Below, piece by piece: positions 10,380 to 20,148 of a stretch of DNA of 64,000 nucleotides; the stretch's first letter is position 1; each line of letters opens with the position of its first letter. The notes beneath the pieces were generated by a model that saw nothing but the letters and a program-made list of their open reading frames with translations, did no database searches and had not been told where the DNA came from. The translations under genes were made by a program, and so were the position numbers. Source of the DNA: an uncultured Candidatus Saccharibacteria bacterium (GTDB taxonomy: Bacteria > Patescibacteriota > Minisyncoccia > Phycocordibacterales > UBA12088). The stretch is from NCBI GenBank assembly GCA_964531785.1, contig CAZHFF010000001.1, positions 84,338 through 148,337 of the forward strand, in the 5' to 3' direction.

Positions 10380-11276
10380 ATGCGTCCGTTCATCCTAGCT
10401 CTTGTTCTTGCTTTCGTTGTGTTCGGTAGTCTCTACACCACCGCAGAGGCGTGCGAGAACATCTATCCCTCGGGCAGTACCGTGCCGACCGGCTATGCGC
10501 CGCCATGGAACCAGTTCACGAGCGCGAAAGAGCTCTTGGTCCGGGTCACTACATGTACCGGCAGTACCGCGACGGTCGAGGTAGGTTCGACCGCGACCGC
10601 ATACACCCAATACACCTATAACAGCGGATACTACTGGGATGGTACCCAGTGGCGAGCCTACTCGCTCACGGGTACGACCGTCGCCACCGGGTGGCTCTCG
10701 CGCGGGACAGGTGTCGTTCCGCTCACCACAGGACAAGGTTATGTCGTAGGGTACACCTGTCAGCTTGTCGGTACCGACTGGAAGTGTGGCTGTCGCAACA
10801 CCTCGTGTACGCAACCCGCGTGGCAGCTCCAAGGCTACAAGGTTGCGACCGCATCGACCGGTGGTACGACCGGGGGCACGACGAACACCGCGACCTGGAA
10901 GGACGCGAACCTTACCTGGTACACCTCCTACCCTGACCCAGGGAGCGAAGAATGTATCGCATACAACGGGTGTACCTGGGCGGGGCAGTTTGCTGCGCTC
11001 TCAGGAAAGCAGCCCGAGAGCTGGGTCAAGGCGAATAACATTGCAGCGGTCCACGAGAAGTTTTTCAACCAGTATAAGCTCAAGACGCTTCGCCTTACTT
11101 CGGGATCGAACCAGATCGATGTGAAGGTGTATGACATGTGCGCGGATTCGGACTGTAATGGATGCTGTACGCGTAACCTGGGCAGTGCAGGCTTCCTTAT
11201 CGACATCGAAAAATACACCGCCGACCGATTCGGCGTACGAAGTGGTACGGTCAAGTGGACGTGCCTTGACTGCTAA
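10380..11276 (+). CDS. Secreted Cys-rich protein with C-terminal DPBB (RlpA/expansin/barwin-like) domain
   Basis: Signal peptide MRPFILALVLAFVVFG...AEA; Thr/Gly linker; C-domain TWY...IAAV...VKVYDMCADSDC...LIDI...KW matches the double-psi beta-barrel pattern. Confidence 0.65.
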   Translation: MRPFILALVLAFVVFGSLYTTAEACENIYPSGSTVPTGYAPPWNQFTSAKELLVRVTTCTGSTATVEVGSTATAYTQYTYNSGYYWDGTQWRAYSLTGTTVATGWLSRGTGVVPLTTGQGYVVGYTCQLVGTDWKCGCRNTSCTQPAWQLQGYKVATASTGGTTGGTTNTATWKDANLTWYTSYPDPGSEECIAYNGCTWAGQFAALSGKQPESWVKANNIAAVHEKFFNQYKLKTLRLTSGSNQIDVKVYDMCADSDCNGCCTRNLGSAGFLIDIEKYTADRFGVRSGTVKWTCLDC

Positions 11277-11337
11277 GATAGGTCAAACTATGCCTGATCG
11301 CCGTGTTCGTCGGGCACGGTTCTGCTAGCATACACGC

Positions 11338-11733
11338 ATGGAAGATCTGCCTTGGGAGCGCTATATCGAGGATGGTGTACGTGCACTGCCGGAAAGCTTT
11401 CGCGCACGTATCGTGAACGTTGCTCTGCTGCTCGAGGACGAACCGAGCGATGAGGTACGCATCCGTGAGGGCCTGAGTGAGTACGAGACCCTGCTCGGCC
11501 TCTACCAAGGCGTGCCGCTCCCGGAGCGTGGCGACGGGTATGGGATAGGTCCAACCGTCCCAGACACCATTACGCTCTACAAGAACCCGATCCTTGAGGA
11601 GGCGGCACATGATCCCGAACAGGTCGCTCGGGTGGTCAAGGAGACCATTTGGCACGAGTTCGGGCACTACTTCGGCCTTGACGAGCACGAGGTACGTGCT
11701 CGCGAGGCAGGGCGGGGAAGTACCGAGGTGTAG
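11338..11733 (+). CDS. Zincin-like metallopeptidase (Zincin_1 family)
   Basis: LLGLYQGVP...PDTITLY...ETIWHEFGHYFGLDE (HExxH motif). Confidence 0.9.
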   Translation: MEDLPWERYIEDGVRALPESFRARIVNVALLLEDEPSDEVRIREGLSEYETLLGLYQGVPLPERGDGYGIGPTVPDTITLYKNPILEEAAHDPEQVARVVKETIWHEFGHYFGLDEHEVRAREAGRGSTEV

Positions 11734-11835
11734 TCTGGGTGGAGTGTGTGGATAGGGCAGCAAGGACGAGCCGGTCCGGATGCTATAGTGGAGCTACGAC
11801 CCGAACGGGGTCTTCTCGCGTAGCTTGCCTGTTGC

Positions 11836-14589
11836 ATGACAAAAAAAGGCCAACCTCAGGAACCGGTGCATGCGTACCATGCGTATAGTGTTGAGCAAAC
11901 GCTCGAACAGCTCGGCACCACAGGCTCCGGGCTGAGCCACGAAGAAGCGCTTGCTCGCCTCACCGTGCACGGCGCTAACGAGCTCACCGGCAAAGACAAG
12001 AACACGCCGCTCCTCGTATTCCTGAAGCAGTTCAATAGCGTACTCATTTACATTCTGCTCGCCGCTGCCGGCATCTCCTACCTGTTCGACCACATGGTCG
12101 ACGTGTACGTGATACTGGGTATCGTGCTCGTGAACGCGACACTCGGCTTCGTGCAAGAGTACCGCGCGCAACGCTCGATCGCTGCGCTCAAGCAGTCGCT
12201 TGTTCTCATGGCTCAGGTGTATCGTGATAATGAGCGGACCGAGATCCCCGCGCGTGAGCTCGTGCCCGGCGACATCATAGCGCTCGAGGCGGGCATGCTC
12301 GTTCCTGCCGATGTGCGGCTTGTCGAGGTGACCGACCTTGAGTGTAACGAATCGTCCCTCACCGGTGAGTCGCTCCCGGTCCATAAGACCCACGGGACCG
12401 TGCGTGCTGAGGCCGCACTGGCCGATCGGGTGAACTGCGCGTATATGGGTACGGTCGTGACGAAGGGCATTGCGCGCGCGGTCGTGATGGCGACCGGCGC
12501 ACGGACCGCGATCGGCACCGTTGCCACCCTTCTCGAGGAGGTGGAAGAACTGAGTACTCACTTCCACGCGCGCACCCGCGTGCTCGCGCTCCAGATGGGG
12601 GGCATAGCGATCGTCAGTACCCTTATCGTGTTCAGTGTCGGTTTCTTCATTCGTGATATTCCGTTCGATGAGATATTCCTCTTTGCGATAGCTACTCTGG
12701 TCTCTGGTATCCCTGAAGGTTTGCCGGCGATACTCTCGGTCGTCCTTGCGGCAGGCGCGTATCGGATGAGCAAGAAGAAAGCGCTCATGCGCACCCTGCC
12801 GGCGAGCGAGACCTTGGGCGTGGTGACGACGATCGTGACCGATAAGACCGGAACGCTCACCCAGAACGTGATGATGGTCGAGACGCTCGTCTACGGTGGT
12901 GCTGAAAAGCGTCTTACGGTGACGGGCGCCGGATGGGAACCGAAAGGAGAGTTTCTCGCGTCCGATCAGCCTGTGGCGCCGCTCGAGGAGCGGCCGCTCG
13001 CCAAACTGTTGCATATTGCTGGAAAGTGCTCGAGCGCACAGGTGTCCCGGCGGGGCGAACAGGGTGAGTACCAGATCCTCGGCGACCCTACGGAAGCAGC
13101 GCTCTCCGTCCTTGCGCACAAAGCGGGCCTCGTGGAGCCGATACTCTTTGCACACGAGAAGGTACTCAAGGACCTGCCGTTCTCCTCTGAGACGAAGATG
13201 CACGCGGTCCTCGTGGAACTCCGCGAGCATGGGGAGGGGTACGACAATTTTCGCGAAGTCTACGTGACCGGTGCGCCGGAAGAGGTCCTGAAGCGATCGA
13301 ATCGGTACTACGTTGAAGGTGCGGTGCATGCCCTTACCGACCAGACTCGTGAGAAGCACCTGCAAGAGATCGAGAAGCTTTCAAAAAAGGCATTGCGGGT
13401 GCTCGCGCTCGCGTATCGTACGCTCGAGCCCGATGCGAGCGATATTGGCGACCATGACCTTGCCGACTTGGTGTTCGTCGGTGTCGTCGGCATGAAGGAT
13501 CCTGTGCGTCCTGATGTACCGGAGGCGCTCGCTCGTGCCCGTACCGCAGGTATACGGGTCATTATGGCGACCGGGGACCATAAGGCCACCGCGGTCGCGA
13601 TCGCGAAGGAGATCGGGCTGGTCGACCAGCATGCACATACGGCCGAGGTCGCGATGACCGGGGTCGAGCTTGAGGCGCTTTCGGAGCCCGAGTTCCTGAA
13701 GGTGCTCAAGACAATGCAGGTATTCGCTCGCCTCGAGCCAAAGACCAAGCTCCGGATAGCACAGGCGCTCCAGAAGGACGGGCAGGTGGTCGCCATGACC
13801 GGGGACGGGGTGAACGATGCGCTGGCGCTCAAGCAGGCCGATATCGGCATAGCGATGGGGAAAGCCGGTACGGATGTTGCACGGCAGTCCTCCGACCTCG
13901 TGCTGACGGACGATAACTTTGCGACGATCATCAATGCGGTCGAAGAAGGGCGAACCGTGTTCACGAACACCCGTCAGTCGGCCATGTTCCTCACGAGTAC
14001 GAATTTCGGCGAACATGCGACCATCCTGACCACCATGGCCCTCGGCTTGCCGCTTCCGCTCCTGCCGACCCAGATCCTCTGGCTCAACTTGGTGACGGAC
14101 GGGACGGTAGGAATACCGCTTGCACTTGAGAAATCGCATCGCAACGTCCTTAAAGAGAAGCCCAAGAAGAAGAACGAGAACATACTGTCGCTCGAGATCA
14201 TACCGTTCATCGCGGTCGTGGTGTCCGTCATGACCGTTGGTACCGTGCTCGTCTTTTCGCTCTTCCTGCCTGAGGGTGTCGACAAGGCCCGCACGGGTGC
14301 CTTTGCGGTCATGTCGTTCACCCAGCTCTTCAACATGCTCAATCTGCGCGCGATGCATGATTCGCTGTTCAGTATCGGTTTGTTCAGCAACAAAAAAGCG
14401 CTCGTGGCGCTCGGCGTGGCCTTTTTGCTCATGGGTATGGTCATGTATATGCCGTTCTTCCAAAAGGTGTTCAATTTTGTGAGCCTTTCCGTGATCGAGA
14501 TGCTTGGCATCTTCATCCTTTCGTCGTTCGTGCTCTGGTTCGGGGAGCTCTACAAGCTCGTACGGAAGCGGGTCGTGAGGGAGGCATGA
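11836..14589 (+). CDS. Cation-transporting P-type ATPase (type IIA, Ca2+-like)
   Basis: TGES, IPEGL, DKTGTLT phosphorylation motif, KGAPE-like TGAPE, TGD, MTGDGVNDA, QILWLNLVTDG. Confidence 0.95.
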   Translation: MTKKGQPQEPVHAYHAYSVEQTLEQLGTTGSGLSHEEALARLTVHGANELTGKDKNTPLLVFLKQFNSVLIYILLAAAGISYLFDHMVDVYVILGIVLVNATLGFVQEYRAQRSIAALKQSLVLMAQVYRDNERTEIPARELVPGDIIALEAGMLVPADVRLVEVTDLECNESSLTGESLPVHKTHGTVRAEAALADRVNCAYMGTVVTKGIARAVVMATGARTAIGTVATLLEEVEELSTHFHARTRVLALQMGGIAIVSTLIVFSVGFFIRDIPFDEIFLFAIATLVSGIPEGLPAILSVVLAAGAYRMSKKKALMRTLPASETLGVVTTIVTDKTGTLTQNVMMVETLVYGGAEKRLTVTGAGWEPKGEFLASDQPVAPLEERPLAKLLHIAGKCSSAQVSRRGEQGEYQILGDPTEAALSVLAHKAGLVEPILFAHEKVLKDLPFSSETKMHAVLVELREHGEGYDNFREVYVTGAPEEVLKRSNRYYVEGAVHALTDQTREKHLQEIEKLSKKALRVLALAYRTLEPDASDIGDHDLADLVFVGVVGMKDPVRPDVPEALARARTAGIRVIMATGDHKATAVAIAKEIGLVDQHAHTAEVAMTGVELEALSEPEFLKVLKTMQVFARLEPKTKLRIAQALQKDGQVVAMTGDGVNDALALKQADIGIAMGKAGTDVARQSSDLVLTDDNFATIINAVEEGRTVFTNTRQSAMFLTSTNFGEHATILTTMALGLPLPLLPTQILWLNLVTDGTVGIPLALEKSHRNVLKEKPKKKNENILSLEIIPFIAVVVSVMTVGTVLVFSLFLPEGVDKARTGAFAVMSFTQLFNMLNLRAMHDSLFSIGLFSNKKALVALGVAFLLMGMVMYMPFFQKVFNFVSLSVIEMLGIFILSSFVLWFGELYKLVRKRVVREA

Positions 14590-14658
14590 TCGGTGCGCAG
14601 AAGGTAGAAAGGAGAATGAAAAGTGGCGACCAGGTATGGGGAACTACATAAGAGAAGA

Positions 14659-14809
14659 TCAAAGGTCAAAAGGCAAAAATACAGTGCAAAGATAAAAAGT
14701 GAACGAGCACGTGTCACGAACATGCTCCCGGGAAAATGATCAGGCCGGGTGTACAGTGTAGTTGAATTTTGACCTGCACTTATGTATTTTGATCTTCGCC
14801 ATTTTGAAT
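14659..14809. repeat. AT-rich heptamer-periodic inverted-repeat element, copy 1
   Basis: Left arm TCAAAGGTCAAAAGGCAAAAATACAGTGCAAAGATAAAAAG; the right arm is a degenerate reverse complement; lies between convergent genes. Confidence 0.7.
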
Positions 14810-14818
14810 GGTGTTCGT

Positions 14819-16414
14819 CTAGTCCTCGAACACCACCTCGCTCGATATCTCGTACCGATCGAGGAAATCGAGCGTCACCGCATTGGTCCAGCCAAAGCCG
14901 TCCTGGATACCATACTCACCACCGCCGGCGAGCTCGTGGGGATCGTCGACATTATACTTCTCCAGCATCGCACCGAAGCGCTTGTACATGCGCTTCACCG
15001 CTTCGACCCATCGCTCCGCGATATCCCGTGCCAGGTCGGTCCTTCCGTACCGTTCAAGGCCCTCGACAGCAACATACTGGAGCGGTGCCCAGCCATTTGG
15101 CGCATCCCACTGCTCGCCCGAGGTGACGAGCGTGGTGACCAGGCCACCCGGCCGCAGGAAGCGCTCCCTGAGAACCGTCTCCATGCGGTCCGCTTGCTCG
15201 GAGGTCGCGATGTTCGCAAAGAGGGCATAGGTCCCTGCCAGGGTGAGGGCAGGGCTCCGCACCCCGGTCTCCCAACTGAGGTCTACATAGAAACCCCGCA
15301 CCTCGTCAAAAAAGTGCGTACGAAGTGCTTCAGTGCGGCGTTCCGCGCGAGCCCGGAAGGTCGCACTGCGCGCTGCATGATCCGCTCTGTCGTGCGCTCG
15401 AGCGAGCACCATTTCATAGAGTGCGAGGAGGCAGTTGAGATCGACCGGCGCAAGGCGGGTCGTTCTGGACGTCGCTCGTTCAAGTGGCTGGTCGCACCAC
15501 CTGCTCGAAAAGTCCCACCCGCTCTCTGCTGCGGCACGAAGGTCGCGATAGAGTACCGACCGCGGCGGGCTGCTCGGTGCCGTCCTGAGGTCATCCGCGA
15601 GCATCTCTTCGCGGGGTCGGTCGGACACGTCGTAGTACCGGTTGAGTATCTCGCCACTTGGCAGTCGTACCACATGCCGGTACGCGCTTGCGCCGCTCGT
15701 TTTGGGTGCGAGCTTATCCTCTCCGCGCATCCAATAGGCATACTCGCGCTCCATCTCGCCGAGGTAGCGTACCAGTATGTCCGGTCCGAGCTCGCGGGCG
15801 AGGAGTTCGACCATGAGCGCAAAGAACGGCTGATTGCTCCGGGTGAGGTAGTAGGTCCGGTTGCCGTTCGGTATATGGCCGTACCTGCGTATCAAGTGGG
15901 CGAAGTTCTCCACCATATGCTCGACCAGGCCATGTCGGCCGCTGTGTGCAAGACCCACCATCGTGAAGTACGAATCCCAGTAGTAGGTCTCACGGAACCG
16001 ACCGCCCGGAACGATGTAGGGTCGGGGAAGCGGCAAGAGCGACGACCCCGGGGTATAGGTGTCTTTCGTGCGGGTAAGCGTCGTCCAGGTACGTTCGATG
16101 TAGTCTCTGATGTCGTCGCGTTCGCCCGCCCGTTCGCGGGGTGTACGGGGGGTCATATCCTCGGGAAGCGTAAAGTACGTCTCCACGAACTGACTGTAGG
16201 AGAACTGCTTGGTCCGTGATTCCCGGGCATATGCGCGCAGGATCGCCCGGGTCGACATGCGGGGCACTGCGTCGGCGAACGATTTGTTATCGAGCGTCGC
16301 ATGGTGCCGCTGTGCCTGCTCGAAGAGCTCCCCATAGAGTTCCCACGGGGAGAGCGGGTGGCTCCGTCTGATCGGTAAGCGTATCCCGGCGTTTTTCAGC
16401 AGTTCGGTGACCAT
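14819..16414 (-). CDS. Alpha,alpha-trehalase (GH37, TreA/TreF-like), no signal peptide
   Basis: DNKSFADAVP, PYIVPGGRFRETYYWDSYF, GHIPNGNRTYYLTRSNQP, AAAESGWDFSSRW, QWDAPNGWAPLQ, EKYNV, GGGEY..QDGFGWTN. Confidence 0.95.
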   Translation of the reverse strand: MVTELLKNAGIRLPIRRSHPLSPWELYGELFEQAQRHHATLDNKSFADAVPRMSTRAILRAYARESRTKQFSYSQFVETYFTLPEDMTPRTPRERAGERDDIRDYIERTWTTLTRTKDTYTPGSSLLPLPRPYIVPGGRFRETYYWDSYFTMVGLAHSGRHGLVEHMVENFAHLIRRYGHIPNGNRTYYLTRSNQPFFALMVELLARELGPDILVRYLGEMEREYAYWMRGEDKLAPKTSGASAYRHVVRLPSGEILNRYYDVSDRPREEMLADDLRTAPSSPPRSVLYRDLRAAAESGWDFSSRWCDQPLERATSRTTRLAPVDLNCLLALYEMVLARAHDRADHAARSATFRARAERRTEALRTHFFDEVRGFYVDLSWETGVRSPALTLAGTYALFANIATSEQADRMETVLRERFLRPGGLVTTLVTSGEQWDAPNGWAPLQYVAVEGLERYGRTDLARDIAERWVEAVKRMYKRFGAMLEKYNVDDPHELAGGGEYGIQDGFGWTNAVTLDFLDRYEISSEVVFED

Positions 16415-16549
16415 GCAGTTCTGACGTGCGGACACGCCTATACTTACGTTCTGTGGCTCAAGATATACCTATTTCACTATACCACGGGTGGGGCCGTTTT
16501 ATGCACCGAACGGCTATAATAAGGTGGGTCGCTCTGGTATACTGCACTC

Positions 16550-16891
16550 ATGCAGCGACCGGAGCCTTTTTCCGACCGGAGACGTCGACCTGGCGTGGCT
16601 CGTCGTGTGCTCCGTATCCTCTCGGCGCTCGGTCAGTTCCTCGCAGATCGCGTTGCTCGCGATGTGGCGGTCGTGGTCAGCGAGGTGCGCCTGTTCCTCG
16701 GTCTCACCCTGGTGTTAGGTGGAATACTTTCGTTCCGGACGAACCGATACTGCGATGGTAACGTGATCGATATGAGCGCGTGCACCCGGCCTGCTACCTA
16801 CTACTACTATCCGTTCTGGGCGATCGTGTTCGTGGTGCTCGGCGGTTTTCTCATCTGCCTCTGGTACCTGCGTCGCACCAGACAACCCTAG
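16550..16891 (+). CDS. Small two-TM membrane protein with a Cys pair in the loop
   Basis: TGG-TATACT lies 6 nt before the ATG; two hydrophobic helices flank YCDGN...CTRP...YYYY. Confidence 0.65.
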   Translation: MQRPEPFSDRRRRPGVARRVLRILSALGQFLADRVARDVAVVVSEVRLFLGLTLVLGGILSFRTNRYCDGNVIDMSACTRPATYYYYPFWAIVFVVLGGFLICLWYLRRTRQP

Positions 16892-16972
16892 CGAACGCAC
16901 GGTGTCATTGCAGTGATCCGCTGTCCACTGCAGTACTCACACCTACGTGCTGAGGTAGGGTATACTTGGAGT

Positions 16973-18430
16973 ATGCGCGCGTCATACCTGGTGGTAGCTC
17001 TTGTGTTCACGAGCTCTTTGGTCGGCGCTGCGTCGACCCTGCTTGCGAATAACCCGCCGATCATATCGAACGTCCGCATCGCTTCGACGACCAAGGATAC
17101 CGCAATTATCACCTGGAGCACCGATAAACCCGGCGATTCGCTCGTGAATTTCGGCAAGCAGCCGCACTACGGGATGATCCGCACGCCCGGGAACGACAAG
17201 ACCGAGCACTCGGTCAAGCTTGAGGATCTCGATTCTTCGACGATTTACCATTTTCGCGTGTCGACCGCTGACACGCTCGGGAATCAAGCGGTTTCCGGCG
17301 ATTTCGTGTTCATCACCGAGGGGTTTAAGGACATCGAGGATATCGAAGAGGTTTCGAGCACCGAGCAGAAGACGCTGGTCGGCCAGGCGAAGGCAGCGAT
17401 CGAGCGGATCACCGACCCCGATGCGCTCAAGCTCGTGCAGCAGGAGCTTACCGAGCAAGCGGCGGATCTCCTGCGACCGCCCGAGGTCATCGGCAACCCC
17501 CGAGCGATCGACATCACCTCGACCGAAGCGAAGATCGTGTGGGCGACGAGCCGCGAGAGCAGCTCGGTCGTGTATTACTCGACCGAGGCACAGTTTTCGG
17601 GCGGGGACTATGCGCAAAGCTCAGCGGACCTCGAGAACATGACCAAGGACCACGAGGTACTGCTCTCGGGCCTCCGGCCGGCCACCACATACCATTTCAA
17701 GGTGTACTCGGAGGACGAGTTCGGCCTGTCGGGCGAGAGCGGTGATGTCACCTTTACCACCAAATCACCGCTTCCAACGATCGAGGATGTCCAGATAATC
17801 AAGATCGAGGAGGATAGCGCCACGTTCGCTTGGTCGACCGATATCCCCGCCGCTGGAGCGGTCATCTACGAGAACACGGTCACTGGTGAGATACGGTCCG
17901 AGGGAAGTCCCGAATTTCTGACGACCCAGACCGTGCGGTTGACCGACCTGACGTTCGGTGCGACCTATGTCGCTACGGTGCGTGCGGAGAACGAGCAAGG
18001 TGAGCCTTCTGAGAGCGAACCGATCACGTTCACGACCGTCCGCGACGAGGAACCGCCTCTGATAAGTCGGGTGAACAACGAATCGACCCTCTATCCAGGG
18101 GCCGAGACGCGTATTCAGACCATTGTCAGTTGGGGTACTGATGAACCCAGCTTCTGTAATCTGGCGTATAGCGAGGGTCTGGCGCCTGCCGAGAATGCTG
18201 TAGAGCTGGCGAGGAATGCCGATCCGGCGATCGACCACGTGCGGGTCATTACTGAGTTCCTGCCATCGACCGTGTACAAGTTCTGGGTCACCTGTGAGGA
18301 TAGGTCAGGCAACAGCGAGCGCTCAGAGGATTTCGTGCTCTTCACCCCGGAAAAAGAGAAGAGCATTATCGACATCATCCTTGAGAACTTTGAAGGTACC
18401 TTCGGCTGGGTGAAGAACATCGGGAAGTAG
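16973..18430 (+). CDS. Secreted protein with four fibronectin type III (purple acid phosphatase N-terminal-like) domains
   Basis: Signal peptide; repeated PP.I......A.I.W.T...S.V.Y...H.V.L..L...T.Y.F.V pattern; ends in an amphipathic helix SIIDIILENFEGTFGWVKNIGK. Confidence 0.85.
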   Translation: MRASYLVVALVFTSSLVGAASTLLANNPPIISNVRIASTTKDTAIITWSTDKPGDSLVNFGKQPHYGMIRTPGNDKTEHSVKLEDLDSSTIYHFRVSTADTLGNQAVSGDFVFITEGFKDIEDIEEVSSTEQKTLVGQAKAAIERITDPDALKLVQQELTEQAADLLRPPEVIGNPRAIDITSTEAKIVWATSRESSSVVYYSTEAQFSGGDYAQSSADLENMTKDHEVLLSGLRPATTYHFKVYSEDEFGLSGESGDVTFTTKSPLPTIEDVQIIKIEEDSATFAWSTDIPAAGAVIYENTVTGEIRSEGSPEFLTTQTVRLTDLTFGATYVATVRAENEQGEPSESEPITFTTVRDEEPPLISRVNNESTLYPGAETRIQTIVSWGTDEPSFCNLAYSEGLAPAENAVELARNADPAIDHVRVITEFLPSTVYKFWVTCEDRSGNSERSEDFVLFTPEKEKSIIDIILENFEGTFGWVKNIGK

Positions 18431-18563
18431 TTCAAAATGCAAAAGTTAAAGATCAAAAGTACAAGGCAAAATCTAGAAGTGCATCATAGTGCACCGTGTG
18501 GTTCGCTCAGTACTTTTAACTTTTTACATACACTTTTGCATCTTGCCCTCTGATTCTTGACAT
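18431..18563. repeat. AT-rich heptamer-periodic inverted-repeat element, copy 2
   Basis: TTCAAAATGCAAAAGTTAAAGATCAAAAGTACAAGGCAAAA...TACTTTTAACTTTTTACATACACTTTTGCATCTTG fills the gap between two co-oriented genes. Confidence 0.7.
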
Positions 18564-18569
18564 TTCATT

Positions 18570-20006
18570 ATGCGCGCTATCATCACCACAGAGAACGTCG
18601 ACGTGACCTATAACGCAGGTAAGTCGAACGAATTCAAGGCACTGGTCAATGTCTCGGTCGAGATCGCCGCGCGCGAGTACATCATTTTCTTCGGCCCCTC
18701 CGGTTGCGGTAAGTCGACCTTGCTCTACTCGATCTTTGGGGTTCTGGCACCAACCTCGGGCAAGGTCGTGGTGAAGGGAGACTCGATCTATGACTATGAG
18801 CCGATGGACCTGGTGATGTACCAGCGGAAGACGATGGGCATCATGTACCAGTCGTTCAACCTTATCCCCTCGCTCACCGTGCTCGATAACGTCCAGCTAC
18901 CGCTCATTTTCGCGGGGTTTCCTCCGTCCGTACGGGAGGGCAGGGCGATGGACCTGCTCGATCGGTTCGGTATCGCACACGTTGCCCACAAGCGCCCTGC
19001 ACTCCTCTCCGGAGGTCAGCAGCAGCGCGTTTCCGTGGCTCGCAGCCTAGTGAACGATCCGGAGATCCTTATCGCAGACGAGCCGGTCGGTAACCTCGAC
19101 GCGGTCTCCGCAGAAGCCGTTATGAACACGCTCGAGGAGATCAACCGTCACGACAAGAAGACGGTGCTTCTCGTGACGCACGATGCGAAGTACCTCCCGT
19201 ACGCGCACCGCGTGTTCTACCTTGACTACGGGAAGGTCGACCGCATCGTGCCGAACCCGGAAAAGCGCCAGATCATCAAGGTTCGTCCCGGCGAGACGAT
19301 CGTCACTGAGATCGAGCAGCTTGCCCGCATCTATCCGTACGACACGCCCGAGCAGCTGCGCGTCAAGAGCCTGATCAATTACCTCACCCAGAACCTCTCG
19401 TTCGATCAGATCGTACGGCTCGAACATATGACCCAAAAGGTGATCGAAGGCGTGCTCGGCGAGGAGCACTTCAGGACCATGCTGGTGACCGACTACGAGC
19501 AGGGCGGGTGCGGTATCAAGCCGGAGCAGGCGACACTGATGACCCAGCGCATGTACCAGATACTCTCACAATCGGGCGATGTGGTGCGTTTCCGACGCGT
19601 CACGCGTGATCAGAACACGATAGACTTAGAACGTACCGAGCTTGTGAAGCACATTCACGGGTACATGGTCGAAGAATGTAAGATCGCCGCAGATTCGCGC
19701 CTGCTCGAGCGTTTGACCAAAATGGTGACCGCACGCGTGTATGGCTACATAACGCGCGAGGAATTCCATCGTCAGCTTCGCCTGTCAGCAGACGAAGGTG
19801 GTGGCGGGTTCGACATCTACCTTGCTGCGGACCTCTCGCGATACCTCGAAAAGCTCATCGCTCAAGGGGTGTCGCACTTCTCGCAGCACCAAGAGGCGAA
19901 ACCGTCGTCAACGAACCTACATGCCGCACAGGCCAAGAAGTTCGAAGAGATGGATAAGGGTATACTGAGTAAACTGACGGGGATGCTGCATCGGCACAAG
20001 AAGTAA
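18570..20006 (+). CDS. ABC transporter ATP-binding protein (LolD/MacB-type) with a ~250-aa C-terminal extension
   Basis: Walker A GPSGCGKST, LSGGQQQRV, Walker B ILIADEP, VTHD; the extension holds two helical repeats with a GG.G motif. Confidence 0.92.
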   Translation: MRAIITTENVDVTYNAGKSNEFKALVNVSVEIAAREYIIFFGPSGCGKSTLLYSIFGVLAPTSGKVVVKGDSIYDYEPMDLVMYQRKTMGIMYQSFNLIPSLTVLDNVQLPLIFAGFPPSVREGRAMDLLDRFGIAHVAHKRPALLSGGQQQRVSVARSLVNDPEILIADEPVGNLDAVSAEAVMNTLEEINRHDKKTVLLVTHDAKYLPYAHRVFYLDYGKVDRIVPNPEKRQIIKVRPGETIVTEIEQLARIYPYDTPEQLRVKSLINYLTQNLSFDQIVRLEHMTQKVIEGVLGEEHFRTMLVTDYEQGGCGIKPEQATLMTQRMYQILSQSGDVVRFRRVTRDQNTIDLERTELVKHIHGYMVEECKIAADSRLLERLTKMVTARVYGYITREEFHRQLRLSADEGGGGFDIYLAADLSRYLEKLIAQGVSHFSQHQEAKPSSTNLHAAQAKKFEEMDKGILSKLTGMLHRHKK

Positions 20007-20146
20007 GTCCAAAGTTCAAATCTCAAAATCCAAAATGACAGTCCAAATTGAAAAAAACATGAAAACAAGCAAACATTGTCACGTGCAGTCTTTACTTTTG
20101 AACTTTACATTGTAATTTTGGACCTTGGACTTTAATTTTTAAACTT
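20005..20146. repeat. AT-rich heptamer-periodic inverted-repeat element, copy 3
   Basis: AAGTCCAAAGTTCAAATCTCAAAATCCAAAATGACAGTCCAAA...TTTTGAACTTTACATTGTAATTTTGGACCTTGGACTTTAATTTTTAAACTT between the ABC ATPase and permease genes. Confidence 0.75.
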
Positions 20147-20148
20147 CT

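Noticed and set aside
11794-13365. 523-aa minus-strand ORF, and similar long antisense ORFs (14762..16219, 45537..46907, 50392..51408, 38265..39263)
   Set aside because: They lie opposite well-supported genes, have no motifs, and are expected shadows in GC-rich coding DNA.
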